A stretch of 64,000 nt of DNA from Candidatus Poribacteria bacterium (GCA_964291315.2 OZ219750.1:352001-416000); one strand, 5' to 3'. Shown: positions 30,795 to 41,614, numbered from the stretch's first letter. Notes: a model not told the origin generated them from the letters alone. Numbers and translations are program-made.

Positions 30795-32048
30795 TCAAGA
30801 GAGGTTCCTGAGCGCTTCAGTATAGACGTGTTGGAGCGGGATGTTATTTCGTTCGGCGACCCGCTTGCAATCTTCATATTCCGGAACTGTTTTGATAACC
30901 GTACCGTTGAGGGACCCGCGTTTTGCTTGGATTACGCCCCACTGCGTTTTGACTTTTACAAGCTCGCGAGCGAGTTTAATGCGATCGGCAGTAGAGAATC
31001 TAACCCCAAAAGTTGTAGTTTCTGTGAGCAGGAGTTCGACGAGTTTATCGCGCTGGTCGGTTGGACAGAGCACGGTAATCTGGGTTGCGGGTCTCCCTTT
31101 TTTCATGAGGATGGGTGTCAAAAACACATCCAGTGCGCCGTTTGCGAGGAGTTGTGTGGTGACGTAGCCGATAATTTCGGGTGACATATCGTCTACATTT
31201 GTTTCGAGGATGTCGACGTTATCAGTTTCAGTGTACTGCTGTTTTTTTTGTAAGGTGCTGTCGGCTGTTTTTTCACCGAGGCAGAGCCGGAGGAGGTTGG
31301 GGCGTTGTTCAAGGTCTCGGGTTCCAGCACCATATCCGACGCGGTCCAGGTTCATCTGCGGCATAACCCCAAATTTTTGTGAGAGTGTCGTAATGAGGGC
31401 TGCTCCTGTCGGCGTAACTAATTCTTTCGGAATGTCGGTTTGTTGTATAGGTAAGCCTTGTAGGAGTTCCATTGTGCTAGGGACAGGGACGGGCATGAGA
31501 CCGTGCGCACATCGGACGAAACCGCTGCCGAGAGAGAGCGGTGATGCATAGACTGCATCTATTTCCAGATATGCTAAACCGATGACTGATCCAACGATAT
31601 CCACGATTGAATCAATTCCGCTGACCTCGTGGAGATGAACGTTTTCTTTAGGGGTATTATGGACCTTCGCTTCTGCCTCAGCGAGGTTATCAAAGACGCG
31701 TTTTGCGGTATCTCGAATTTCCGAATCTAACGTACTCTCGTCGAGCAGTTTGAAGATATCGGAGAGATGCCGATGGGGTCCGTGCTTGTGGTGCGATTTA
31801 GCGAAATTTTCCTGTGTAGAGAGATCCTCGGCGTGAAGTGTGTGGGCTGGGTGTACTTCTACGATGGCTTTGGTACCGGTAATACCGTGTTTTGCCGCTT
31901 TCTCAAAATGTAAGCTGAATTCAGTTTCAAGTTTGAGAGATGCTAATCTGGTTTTTAGGAATTCTGGCGGTACGCCTGCATCAACAAGGGCTCCGAGTGT
32001 CATATCCCCGCTAATGCCTGAGAAGCAGTCGAAGTAGGCGATCTTCAC
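30795..32048 (-). CDS. larC: nickel pincer cofactor biosynthesis protein LarC
   Basis: YFDCFSGISGDM, His-rich segment, HLHEV, CAHG..PVP, ELVTPTGAA, LETNVDD, MKKGRP, PEYED. Confidence 0.95.
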   Translation of the reverse strand: MKIAYFDCFSGISGDMTLGALVDAGVPPEFLKTRLASLKLETEFSLHFEKAAKHGITGTKAIVEVHPAHTLHAEDLSTQENFAKSHHKHGPHRHLSDIFKLLDESTLDSEIRDTAKRVFDNLAEAEAKVHNTPKENVHLHEVSGIDSIVDIVGSVIGLAYLEIDAVYASPLSLGSGFVRCAHGLMPVPVPSTMELLQGLPIQQTDIPKELVTPTGAALITTLSQKFGVMPQMNLDRVGYGAGTRDLEQRPNLLRLCLGEKTADSTLQKKQQYTETDNVDILETNVDDMSPEIIGYVTTQLLANGALDVFLTPILMKKGRPATQITVLCPTDQRDKLVELLLTETTTFGVRFSTADRIKLARELVKVKTQWGVIQAKRGSLNGTVIKTVPEYEDCKRVAERNNIPLQHVYTEALRNLS

Positions 32049-32066
32049 GTCTTTATTCTCCTATAT

Positions 32067-33701
32067 TTAGGGATCTTGAAGCAACTGTTGCAGCAAGTCT
32101 TTGGAATCGTGTCGTTTGAGTTTACCGAGGGCTTCAGCTTCTATTTGACGGACTCGTTCCCGGCTGATTCGGAGTTTGTCTCCGATGTCCGCCAACGTGT
32201 ATTCTGTGCCGTCCATTAAACCGTATCGTAGAATAATCACTTGCGTCTCACGGGGATTGAGTTTCCTGTTGAGGACTTCGGTGATAACCTCTATTTTAGC
32301 GTAGTCAAGTAGGTAATTTTCCGGTGTAATTTGGGACTGATCCGGAATCAGTTCAGCGAAGGAGCCATCTGGGGAATCTTCATTAATTGGGGCATCAAGC
32401 GGAACGGGTTCTTTGGTGGAGTTGAAGATTTCTATGACCTTTTTTTCCGTGAGTTCGACAGCGTTTGCGATTTCCCTTGTGGTCGGTTCGCGTCCGAGTT
32501 CCGTAGTCAAATCTGATTGGGCCAGCTTAATAGCGCGGCGTGCTTCGCCGATGTAACAGGGGACTCGAATCATTTGTCCTTGTTGATCGAGCGCGCGCTT
32601 GATGGATTGCATAATCCACCAGGTTGCGTAGGTGCTGAAACGGAAACGGAGCGTGTGATCGAACTTATCTACTGCTCGCATCAATCCGAGACTTCCTTCC
32701 TGCATCAAATCGAGGAAGGTTAGAGATGTTTTGCTAAAATGATGCCGTTTTGCAATACTTGCGACGAGCCGAAGATTGGCTTCTACAATTTTGAGTTTAG
32801 TGCTGTGTGTGATTTGGTCTGCGGCTTCCAATTGGCTCAGCAGCCATTTGATACGTCCCAATTCACTTTGCACATCTTCAAGAATGAAGAAAAATGTGCT
32901 TCGGTTCCAAGAGGTAGTAACCCCTTCGGGTAACACATCCGCAGGGAGTGTGGCTAAAAGCGTTGTAATCTCAGAGCAGATAACGTCTGATTCTTGAAGC
33001 AACTCTGTTTCTTGGTGCAGGTCGAGCGCTTTTGTGTGCATAAAGCGGGGGTTGCGTTCCAAAGATGCCTCTATAGGCAGTCGTGTTCTGCCTCGTCCGG
33101 GTAGTTCTTCCATTTTTCCGGTGGAGGTTTTGATGTTGTTCCGGATCATTTTCTGGGCGTATGTCTGAAATGATGCCCCGCGTTGTGTGCTGTCACTGTC
33201 AATAGCATTCAGAAGTCCAAGGCTTCCTGCCTGTATCAATTCGGGTGGCGATGTCGCGTTAACATGTTTTTTCACGAGGTGTAGATTCCCCTTGAAAATT
33301 TTCCACCGTATCTGCTTTAGCAAGTCTGTTTTTGTTTCTAATTTCCCCAATAGGATGCCAAGTGCTTGAATTTCAGCGTGGAGTCGGTCTATAATTAAAC
33401 CGTGTTCTGATTGTGAGGGTTCAAATTTGTGCTTACCTTCAGAGTTACGGTTCTCGGTAAGGTTCAGGACCTTGAGTATCCACTCTGGAAATTGATTCAG
33501 CACAGTCGAGAACATTTGAAACCCTTCTTGGTATTTTTCGAAAAGAGCTATTTCTTGTTTGGGATTAAGCAACGGGGTTTTCGCTATCTTCTGTAGATAG
33601 GCGAAGGTTTCGTCCTTTGGTGATTCCGGAGCGGTGCTCTTCTCTTCATCATCTTCAAAGAATTCTGATTCAACCGAGTATACCGGGTAGTGCTTTTTCA
33701 T
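32067..33701 (-). CDS. RpoD/SigA-family sigma-70 factor with duplicated region 1.2-2
   Basis: [43 protein letters not shown], region 4 SRERVRQIE. Confidence 0.92.
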   Translation of the reverse strand: MKKHYPVYSVESEFFEDDEEKSTAPESPKDETFAYLQKIAKTPLLNPKQEIALFEKYQEGFQMFSTVLNQFPEWILKVLNLTENRNSEGKHKFEPSQSEHGLIIDRLHAEIQALGILLGKLETKTDLLKQIRWKIFKGNLHLVKKHVNATSPPELIQAGSLGLLNAIDSDSTQRGASFQTYAQKMIRNNIKTSTGKMEELPGRGRTRLPIEASLERNPRFMHTKALDLHQETELLQESDVICSEITTLLATLPADVLPEGVTTSWNRSTFFFILEDVQSELGRIKWLLSQLEAADQITHSTKLKIVEANLRLVASIAKRHHFSKTSLTFLDLMQEGSLGLMRAVDKFDHTLRFRFSTYATWWIMQSIKRALDQQGQMIRVPCYIGEARRAIKLAQSDLTTELGREPTTREIANAVELTEKKVIEIFNSTKEPVPLDAPINEDSPDGSFAELIPDQSQITPENYLLDYAKIEVITEVLNRKLNPRETQVIILRYGLMDGTEYTLADIGDKLRISRERVRQIEAEALGKLKRHDSKDLLQQLLQDP

Positions 33702-33904
33702 GTCCTCACCTCGCTATTGTCTGGATTTAACGATAGAGATATTTTTCTGATATTTAGTTAGCACATCAGAAATGATCAAAAAAGGTTTAAATTTTTGTAC
33801 TATATGTGCTATGCTATTAAGCGCAGCCTGCACTCTATTTTCTCACTAGAAATATTGACTTGCAAGCGCCCTTTAAAAATGCCATATAAAGATTGGAGGC
33901 AGTA

Positions 33905-34480
33905 ATGGATCAACTTACGCAAAGTGCAGTAATTGAAAGATGTCAAGCCGGTGGATCTCTTTCTGGCGAAAACCTTGCAAACTTAGATTTAGCGAATCAA
34001 CCGCTTGTAGGCGCTGATTTATCGGAGGCAGATCTGAGCGGTGCCGACTTGCGGAACGCTGATTTAACAGATGCGAATTTAAACGATGCTAATCTCGTTG
34101 GAGCGAACCTTTCTGGGGCAACTTTACAACGGGCGTACCTTGTCGGCTCTAATTTAACAGATGCTAACCTTGAGGGCGCCAATCTGTGTGGCGCCTTCCT
34201 CAGCGGTAGCTTGCTCTGTAGCACAAACTTCCGGCGGGCAGATTTACGACGAGCTACTCTCGGTTGCCCGAAATGTGAAGTGCCGGAACCCTTCGGTTCA
34301 CTTACCAATTTTGAGAAAGCGAACCTCGAAGAGGCGGTTTTCGGTGAAGTCAAGCTCAAAGGTGTTATCTTACTAGATGCCAATTTCAAAGATGCCTATC
34401 TATACGAGGTAGATCTCTCTGAAGCTGTCTATCGCGAAGTCGATCTTGAAGGCGCTATTACTAAAAAAGGCAGAAATTAG
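33905..34480 (+). CDS. pentapeptide repeat protein
   Basis: A(D/N)LxG repeats; GGAGG RBS before ATG 33905; internal CPKC. Confidence 0.92.
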   Translation: MDQLTQSAVIERCQAGGSLSGENLANLDLANQPLVGADLSEADLSGADLRNADLTDANLNDANLVGANLSGATLQRAYLVGSNLTDANLEGANLCGAFLSGSLLCSTNFRRADLRRATLGCPKCEVPEPFGSLTNFEKANLEEAVFGEVKLKGVILLDANFKDAYLYEVDLSEAVYREVDLEGAITKKGRN

Positions 34481-34724
34481 GTTTTTGACGATCGCTTCTG
34501 ATCAGCTGTGCTCGTTGTCTTTGCAGTATTCTAGTTGCTAGGGAACCTGGGGTCCCTTTTTATATTCAGGTTTCCGCTGTTTCTGTTATCACTACATTGA
34601 TTTGGAGACCGAAATTGAGAGATTCTGACCGCATGATTGATCCACATTTTTCTAATATATGTGACGTTAATGGAGTGTAAGAGGTTTATCTAAATTTCAT
34701 TTTTTTTCGTAGAGTATGATTAAG

Positions 34725-36644
34725 TTACTGAAACTGCATATCACAGAGTTTTTGATACAAACCGCCCTTTGCTAACAGTGTTTCGTGTGTCCCGCTTTCT
34801 AGGATTTCTCCGTCTTTAATAACAAGAATTTTATCGGATCGAACGACGGTTGAGAGTCGGTGTGCGATGATAAAACTCGTTCTACCTTCCATGAGATTCG
34901 CTAAGGATTCCTGAATGAGTGCCTCAGCTTGCGTGTCTAACGAGGAGGTTGCCTCATCTAGGACGAGGATCGGTGCGTCTTTCAGGATAGCGCGTGCGAT
35001 GGAGAGTCGTTGTTGTTCTCCGCCCGAGAGTTTCATCCCTGCTTCTCCTGTTAGGGTTGCATAGCCTTTCGGAGTTTTTGTTATAAAATCGTGGGCGTTT
35101 GCTTGTTTTGCTGCAGCGACAATCGCGTTTTCGGTAGGACTTGGGCATCCGTAGCCTATATTTTCCAGAATGGTTCCGTCGAATAGGAAGGTGTCTTGTG
35201 GAACGAATGCTATATTTTCTCGCAAGGATGCCAAATTTACTTCAGAAATCGGGATATCGTCAATCAGGATTCTGCCAGAACGCACTTCATAAAAACGCAA
35301 GAGCAGATTAAGGAGTGTTGTTTTTCCACTACCACTAGGTCCGACAAACGCGACAACTTCTCCCTGTTTCGCTTCAAAGGTTACGTTTTTAATAATAGGT
35401 TTTGCTGTTAGTGGTTCAGTATAGGAGAAGGAGACGTTCTGAAATGTGACGGTCCCGCGCACCTTTTGTAGCACGATATTCTTCTCCGTTTTCTGTGTTC
35501 TAGTGATGTGTGTTTGATTCTTCTCGCTCGTCTCCGGTTCGAAATCGAGGAGATAAAAAATTCGTTCTGCAGAGGCGAGGCACTGTTGTAAAGCACTGTT
35601 GACGTTACCAATGGTTTTAATGGGTTTGAACATCCAGCCGACCATCATGATAGAACCGATGAACCCGCCGTGAGAAAGTTGACCGGTAATAACTTGCCAA
35701 CATCCGAGTCCGAAAACAGTGGCAATGCCGAGTGCACCTACCCATTCAATCGTTGGTGGAAGAAGTGCTGCGAAGCGGGCGCGCTGCATAGCTGATCGAT
35801 ATTGATCCTGAGTGATAGATCGGAAACGTTCGGTTTCTGTGTGTTCCGCGGTGAAACTTTTGATAATCTTGATGCCGAAAAGGGTCTCTTTGAGTTGTGA
35901 GTAGATGCTTGCACTCTGTTGCTGGATTTCTGTGCTGGCGCTACGGATTCGCGAACCGATGAATGTGATGAGGTAAGCAAGAGCTGGGAGGATGATCAGG
36001 ACAAACACCGTCAGTTTGAAGCTTTTGATCAACATTGCAGAGACAAAGACACCAACAAGGACAATAGCGCGTATGATATTTGCCATTGCGGCGACGAGAT
36101 TCTGCCACACGCGGACATCATCCGTAATACGTGCTAGGAGGTCCCCGGAACGTTCTTCGCGTAGGACTCCTAAAGGCGCGGATACGATTTGCTGGTAGAG
36201 TTCGTTCCGTAACCGGAAAGCCAGTTTATGCCCGACGCGCGCCATGACGTAATCGTTGCCGTAAACGAAAAAACCTTTAATGAAAACAAGCGCTAGCACA
36301 CCACCAAGCAACCAAAGGAAGACTTTAAGAGCGTCCCCGGCAGTTGTGAGTGATATTTCAAAACCTTTAAAAGCAAACGGCCCTTCGTGCTGAAAATAGC
36401 GGACAGATACAGGTTCGTCAAATCGGTTTCCTCCGACGGCTGCAAGTCCGTTAAGGGTATCTGTGAGAATTTGCAGGGCACCTAGGTTACATACCGCATC
36501 CACTAAGGCACACCCCATTGCTAAAAAAATAGAACCGGTGTAAGGGGTATGATACCGCAGGAATCGGGTAAAGGTTGCGTTTTTAAGGGCAGGTTTTTTG
36601 TCCATACTGACTTCGGCATGCATAAGGTTCTTTAGTTTTCCCAA
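34725..36644 (-). CDS. ABC transporter ATP-binding/permease (MsbA-like exporter)
   Basis: TM domain plus GPSGSGKT, LSGGEQQR, LDEATSSLD, IAHRLST; true start may be 36623 or later. Confidence 0.93.
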   Translation of the reverse strand: MGKLKNLMHAEVSMDKKPALKNATFTRFLRYHTPYTGSIFLAMGCALVDAVCNLGALQILTDTLNGLAAVGGNRFDEPVSVRYFQHEGPFAFKGFEISLTTAGDALKVFLWLLGGVLALVFIKGFFVYGNDYVMARVGHKLAFRLRNELYQQIVSAPLGVLREERSGDLLARITDDVRVWQNLVAAMANIIRAIVLVGVFVSAMLIKSFKLTVFVLIILPALAYLITFIGSRIRSASTEIQQQSASIYSQLKETLFGIKIIKSFTAEHTETERFRSITQDQYRSAMQRARFAALLPPTIEWVGALGIATVFGLGCWQVITGQLSHGGFIGSIMMVGWMFKPIKTIGNVNSALQQCLASAERIFYLLDFEPETSEKNQTHITRTQKTEKNIVLQKVRGTVTFQNVSFSYTEPLTAKPIIKNVTFEAKQGEVVAFVGPSGSGKTTLLNLLLRFYEVRSGRILIDDIPISEVNLASLRENIAFVPQDTFLFDGTILENIGYGCPSPTENAIVAAAKQANAHDFITKTPKGYATLTGEAGMKLSGGEQQRLSIARAILKDAPILVLDEATSSLDTQAEALIQESLANLMEGRTSFIIAHRLSTVVRSDKILVIKDGEILESGTHETLLAKGGLYQKLCDMQFQ

Positions 36645-36816
36645 AATTTTGTACTGGAAAGCCCTGATTTAGTCGCGGAACAGACGAAATCCATTCTTTG
36701 TAGGACATTCTTGTTCGGGATAGCACACTTTCCCTCAACACGTTGGGGTATTCCAAAGGGGTGCTCCACAATCGTAATCTGTCTTCTTAAAACGAAATGG
36801 TCCTACGGCATACCCG

Positions 36817-37872
36817 TTATTTTAGTTGGTAGCCACCAAATTGAAGAACACAGGTGTGCTTCGCGGTGTTGCCCCCTTTTGAAGACGGACAACGGATGCT
36901 GAATTCTCGCTTCTGGAAGTCTACTTTCTCGATGACTCCGATAGCATCAGTGTTGCCGGACGTACTATTAATGAGTCCAACCAAGCGATGTTGGAAGTAA
37001 GCCCGGACTTCTGAAATAATACTTGTTAGACTTAAATAGTTCTGGATGTGTGTGATCATAGTTTTGGAAAGTGGTTTTGATCCAACCAGACATAAGGAGC
37101 GGTGCCCCCATTCGGCATAGTGGATCTGCATTTCAGCGAGTTGAGAGAGTGTTTTTAGTTCTTTTTCGTTTGCTGCGCGTCCGATGAAAAACGGGGTCCG
37201 TCCGCCGCGGATCTGCTCAAAGGGTATCTGTTGCAGAGAACTCTCGGAAAAATAGGCATCGAATCGGGCTTTTCGGTATAGTCTGCGGGCGTTTCTGCTT
37301 CTGGATTGGATGCCGCGGGGTGGAAGGAGATAGTGAACGTCGATCCACGCTTGTTGGTTATAGCACGTCGTTATTCGATCCAATTCGGTAGAACGACCGA
37401 TACCGACTAAATGGTGTGGTTTAATGAGTTCTATCTTTTGTTGCTTCAGAATAACAGCTAGCGGATCGTAAATATAACCGCTTGTATCAACGACAATAAA
37501 ATCGGCTTCGGTTTCCCTTGCGCCATCTACCATGAGCCGGGTGCCTGTGAGTGTCTCGAGGTAGCATGCGCGCGGTGATAAATTACCTACGAAGTAAAGC
37601 TGATCGGCTGTGCCGTCGAGTTCGATGGGGGCCATCTCGGGTGTAAATGATTTCATTCCGATTGTTGTCGGGGGTCCAATGTGGGATTGCCCGACATCAG
37701 TATCTACGAAGCCTGTCTTCAAACCTTGTGCAAGGGCAGCATCGACCAAAAAACGGCAGAAAGTCGATTTTCCGGTGTCGGTTGTGCCTATTACAATTAC
37801 AATCTTTTGAGGTTTGACAATACGGTTTGCAAGCGTTCGCCAATCCTGATTAACTCGGTACGTGCTGTCCAT
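36817..37872 (-). CDS. Clp1/Grc3/NOL9-family polynucleotide 5'-hydroxyl kinase
   Basis: GTTDTGKSTF, DTDVGQSHIGPPTTIG, VDTSGY, Arg-rich lid RSRNARRLYR. Confidence 0.85.
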   Translation of the reverse strand: MDSTYRVNQDWRTLANRIVKPQKIVIVIGTTDTGKSTFCRFLVDAALAQGLKTGFVDTDVGQSHIGPPTTIGMKSFTPEMAPIELDGTADQLYFVGNLSPRACYLETLTGTRLMVDGARETEADFIVVDTSGYIYDPLAVILKQQKIELIKPHHLVGIGRSTELDRITTCYNQQAWIDVHYLLPPRGIQSRSRNARRLYRKARFDAYFSESSLQQIPFEQIRGGRTPFFIGRAANEKELKTLSQLAEMQIHYAEWGHRSLCLVGSKPLSKTMITHIQNYLSLTSIISEVRAYFQHRLVGLINSTSGNTDAIGVIEKVDFQKREFSIRCPSSKGGNTAKHTCVLQFGGYQLK

Positions 37873-37918
37873 CTTTCTCTTTTAGTAGCTTCGGTTTCCG
37901 ATGGAAAGGCCGCAGCGT

Positions 37919-38785
37919 TTAATCACTGAGGTTAAGTTCATAACGGAATGTAACACCGGGGAATCTGAACATCTCATCTAAAGCGGGAGTCTGTTTAATA
38001 CCGAGAAGTTGTTCGAGCAGAGATGCTTTTTTTTGTTTGCGTATGACCCTCGGTTTGCCGTCGATGTTTGCTAATTCTCCGGCGAGTTCAATCGCCTCAG
38101 GGAGGTTACCGATCCGATCTAAGAGTTTTGCGTCTCTTGCTTGCTGTCCAGAAAAAATTCGTCCGTCTGCAAGTTCTACGATCTCGGGGCGGCTCAGGAG
38201 ACTTTTTCGTGCTTCGAATATTGTATCCACAAATTGATTGTAGACGCTATTCACAGTCGTTTGGAGGACGGCTTGCTCCTTCTCGGTCAGTTCGCGGAAA
38301 GGCGAACCTGTGTCTTTAAATTCGCCACTTTTAATGACGTGGTGTTCAAGTCCAATTTTATCGTATAAGCCTTTCATCCGGGTGAACTGCATGATAACGC
38401 CGATGCTGCCGGTCAGTGTCCCTGGGTTTGCCATAATTGTGTCAGCGGCGCATGCAAGGTAGTAGCCGCCAGACGCAGCCGTACCCCCCATTGAAGCGAC
38501 TATAGGTTTGTCTACTTTCTGTAATTCGCTGTAGATTTCTTGGACTGGCGCGACGCTGCCTCCGGGTGTATCAATACGAATCACAATTGCCTTGATACTC
38601 GGATCATCGCGGTAGGTATGAATGAGTTTGATTGTCTCCTCTGACTTTGTGATAATGCCTATAATGTCTATTACTGCAACCTTTGGTCCGATGGATGTGC
38701 CACCACTCATTGAGCGGAAGATTAGCAGTAAGAAAAACAGACCCACAATGATTCCGAGGAAAATAAAAACACGTTTCTTTTTCAT
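37919..38785 (-). CDS. sppA: signal peptide peptidase SppA (36K type)
   Basis: IDTPGG, AASGGYYLA, TGSIGV, KSGEFKD, ADGRIFSG. Confidence 0.95.
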   Translation of the reverse strand: MKKKRVFIFLGIIVGLFFLLLIFRSMSGGTSIGPKVAVIDIIGIITKSEETIKLIHTYRDDPSIKAIVIRIDTPGGSVAPVQEIYSELQKVDKPIVASMGGTAASGGYYLACAADTIMANPGTLTGSIGVIMQFTRMKGLYDKIGLEHHVIKSGEFKDTGSPFRELTEKEQAVLQTTVNSVYNQFVDTIFEARKSLLSRPEIVELADGRIFSGQQARDAKLLDRIGNLPEAIELAGELANIDGKPRVIRKQKKASLLEQLLGIKQTPALDEMFRFPGVTFRYELNLSD

Positions 38786-38795
38786 TTTTTAATAA

Positions 38796-38910
38796 TTTTC
38801 GGTTGTCAACTATCAGGCCTCAGTCGAATAACGGTTAGGGGGCAGCAAGAGCATTTTGTATTAGAAAGTGATGGACAACTGTTGTCCTCTACTGCCCCTC
38901 AATAACCGAC
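38796..38910. repeat. intergenic heptamer-periodic/inverted-repeat element
   Basis: TTTTCGG TTGTCAA CTATCAG GCCTCAG, then CGGTTA..GGGGCAG / CTGCCCC..TAACCG arms. Confidence 0.5.
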
Positions 38911-38913
38911 GAT

Positions 38914-39573
38914 TCATGGCGACTTTGCGATGAGAAACCATAAGGTTCTCAGGAGCCATCTTATATCGGAGGCGATGCTGTGTGTTGTAACGTAGTGGAG
39001 GTCCAAATTGAGTTTTTTCGGCATGAGCTCGGTGATGTAGTAGTGTTCTGGATTCGGTTGCCCTTTGAGTTTTTTCTCTTCATCACGATTGGCGAGTTGC
39101 GACGGGCCGGTCATTCCAGGTTTTACTAGCAGCACTTGCCTCTGCGTTTTTGTGTAATATTTGACGTAAACTGGAGCCTCGGGACGCGGCCCGATGAGAC
39201 TCATCTCACCTTTTATAACGTTGATTAGGTTTGGAAGTTCATCCAATTTTGTCTGTCTCAGAAATCTACCGATGTGTGTGACGCGTGTGTCGTTGTAAGT
39301 TGTCAGACTCCCGCCGATGCTATCAGCGTTAAGTACCATCGTTCTGAATTTATACATCTCAAAGAGTGCCCCGCCTCTGCCGACCCGTGTTGCTTTGTAA
39401 AACGTGGATCCTTTCGATTGCAGCTTTGCGAGAACGGCACCGAGGAGAAAAAGCGGGGATAAAAAAAGGATTCCGACAGTTGCCAATAGCAGATCGAATG
39501 TCCGTTTTGTCCAGTCGCGTTTGAACTTTACAATATCTTGCGTATCTAAGGTTAATGGCTTGGTATGGTTCAT
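38914..39573 (-). CDS. bacterial sugar (phosphoglycosyl) transferase
   Basis: KRTFD, YKFRTM, KLDELP, GEMSLIGPRPE, KPGMTG. Confidence 0.95.
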   Translation of the reverse strand: MNHTKPLTLDTQDIVKFKRDWTKRTFDLLLATVGILFLSPLFLLGAVLAKLQSKGSTFYKATRVGRGGALFEMYKFRTMVLNADSIGGSLTTYNDTRVTHIGRFLRQTKLDELPNLINVIKGEMSLIGPRPEAPVYVKYYTKTQRQVLLVKPGMTGPSQLANRDEEKKLKGQPNPEHYYITELMPKKLNLDLHYVTTHSIASDIRWLLRTLWFLIAKSP

Positions 39574-39595
39574 GTCCTTTCACTATCTTATAGGT

Positions 39596-41614
39596 CTAGC
39601 GGCGATTCGCGCTGGCGGTTTCTGTTGCTGTTGGAAATTGAATAATCTCAGATGTGTTATCTGTGTCGCTTTCTGTAAGGAATGCGCGGTTTGGCTGATA
39701 TGTTGGAACCAACTCTTGGAATTTAGAAACGATACTTTCTGCATTTAACGTATCTGCAAGCTGCGAGAGTTCCTCGATTTGAGAGATGAGTTGTTCTTCC
39801 TCAATCTGCTCGAGCTGTGCGACGAAAATGCGTTGGTGCTTTGTTGCGGTGACACCTTCTTGCGGTGTCAGGAGTTCTTCGTACAATTTTTCACCCGGTT
39901 CTAAACCTGTGAATGCGATTTTGATGTCTCTATCAACTTCGAGTCCAGAGAGGCGGATCAGGTCTTCGGCGAGGTCAAGAATCTTAATCGGGTCGCCCAT
40001 ATCTAACATCAGGATTTCGCCGCCGTTTCCCATAGCACCGGCTTGAATTAGGAGTTGCACGGCCTCAGGGATTGTCATGAAGTAGCGAGTTGCTTCGCGG
40101 TGCGTAACCGTGACGGGCCCGCCTTTCGAAATCTGACGTTTGAAATTAGGTAGTACGCTGGCGCGACTTCCGATAACGTTTCCAAAGCGGACTGCGATGA
40201 ATCGGGTGCCGTTTTGTTTCGCCTTACACTGTATGAGTTTTTCCGTCACACGTTTGGAGACTCCGTAGACGCTTGTCGGATTCACGGCTTTATCGGATGA
40301 GACGAGGATGAACGCCTCGACTTCGTGTTTAATTGCGGCATCAATCAGGTTTTGCGTGCCGAGAATATTATTTTTCACGGCTTCATCAGGGTGGTTCTCC
40401 ATGAATTTGACGTGCTTGTGAGCGGCTGCGTGGAAAATGATATCTGGACGGTATTTATGGGTAATTTGTGAAATTTTTGCGTTGTCTCGAATGTCCCCGA
40501 TAATGACTGCGCGATTGAGTTCTGGTTCGAACTCTTGAAGTTCTATGTCCGTGTGGTAGAGGCTATTTTCGCCGCGTCCAAATAGGATAAGGAGTTCAGG
40601 AGTCAGCTTGGCGACTTGACGGCACAGCTCGGACCCGATTGACCCGCCTGCGCCTGTTACCATGACCCGTTTACCGGAGAGATATTTGGAAACTTCAGCG
40701 ATGTCCATTTGTGAGGTGGATCGGTTCAGAAGGTCTTCATAACGTACTTCTCGAATTTGACTGACACTTGCTCGTCCTTCAAGGATGGCGTGGATATTCG
40801 GAACAATTTTAAATTGGCATCCACGGTATTCGCATTGTCGGACGATGTCTCGGATTTTCCCGCCCGGTGCGGATGGAATGGCAATAACAACCTCGCTAAT
40901 CTCGCGCTTGCGGGCGATGTAGGTGAGGTCTCGGGTTGTGCCGAGCACTTCAAGCCCCGCCACGCTTCTACCAACCTTTTGTGGGGCATCATCAATGAAT
41001 CCTACTGGAACGTAGCCTTTCTGTGGGTGGTTTCTGAGGGCACGAAGCACCCCGATACCAGTCTCGCCTGCTCCAACAATGAGCACTTTTGTTGGCGGTT
41101 TTCGCGATCGAAGTTGTGTCGCTCTGGCGTTTTTGTTCTTTGAAAGCGTTGATGATTGGGAATGTGGATATACTGTTGCCCGGTTCTCTTGAAGGATTCT
41201 GGCGGAGAACTTGGTGAATCCGATCAGCGCAAAGTTATAGAGACCGTCGATTAAGAAGAGTACCCAAGCGATTTTCATTAAGAGGGAGAGTCCGATAAGT
41301 CCAACGGTCGCGAGCGTAATTGCGGCCGCCAATGTGCGGAATTCCTTCACAGAGGCATATTGCCACATCGGTTTGTACAGATTAAAGCCGAGTAACAACC
41401 CTATGCGGATTGTAGTCACAACGACGGCGATACCTAGAAAGTAGGAGTAGGGTGATATATCTACGGTCTGTAGTAGAGCGGAGAACGGGTTAGGCTGTTT
41501 TAAGAGGTCAAAACCGAATTGCTTGCTGGTCAAATAAGCAAATAGAAATGCAAGGTTTACTAGAGCTGCGTCAATGAGAATTGTCGAACTCCACTTTATT
41601 TTGGATTTATCCAT
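39596..41614 (-). CDS. CapD/PglF-like UDP-sugar 4,6-dehydratase (polysaccharide biosynthesis protein)
   Basis: N-terminal TMs, TGAGGSIGSELCRQ, FHAAAHKHV, SSDKAVNPT, VRFGNV, RYFMTIPEA, GEKLYEEL. Confidence 0.95.
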   Translation of the reverse strand: MDKSKIKWSSTILIDAALVNLAFLFAYLTSKQFGFDLLKQPNPFSALLQTVDISPYSYFLGIAVVVTTIRIGLLLGFNLYKPMWQYASVKEFRTLAAAITLATVGLIGLSLLMKIAWVLFLIDGLYNFALIGFTKFSARILQENRATVYPHSQSSTLSKNKNARATQLRSRKPPTKVLIVGAGETGIGVLRALRNHPQKGYVPVGFIDDAPQKVGRSVAGLEVLGTTRDLTYIARKREISEVVIAIPSAPGGKIRDIVRQCEYRGCQFKIVPNIHAILEGRASVSQIREVRYEDLLNRSTSQMDIAEVSKYLSGKRVMVTGAGGSIGSELCRQVAKLTPELLILFGRGENSLYHTDIELQEFEPELNRAVIIGDIRDNAKISQITHKYRPDIIFHAAAHKHVKFMENHPDEAVKNNILGTQNLIDAAIKHEVEAFILVSSDKAVNPTSVYGVSKRVTEKLIQCKAKQNGTRFIAVRFGNVIGSRASVLPNFKRQISKGGPVTVTHREATRYFMTIPEAVQLLIQAGAMGNGGEILMLDMGDPIKILDLAEDLIRLSGLEVDRDIKIAFTGLEPGEKLYEELLTPQEGVTATKHQRIFVAQLEQIEEEQLISQIEELSQLADTLNAESIVSKFQELVPTYQPNRAFLTESDTDNTSEIIQFPTATETASANRR

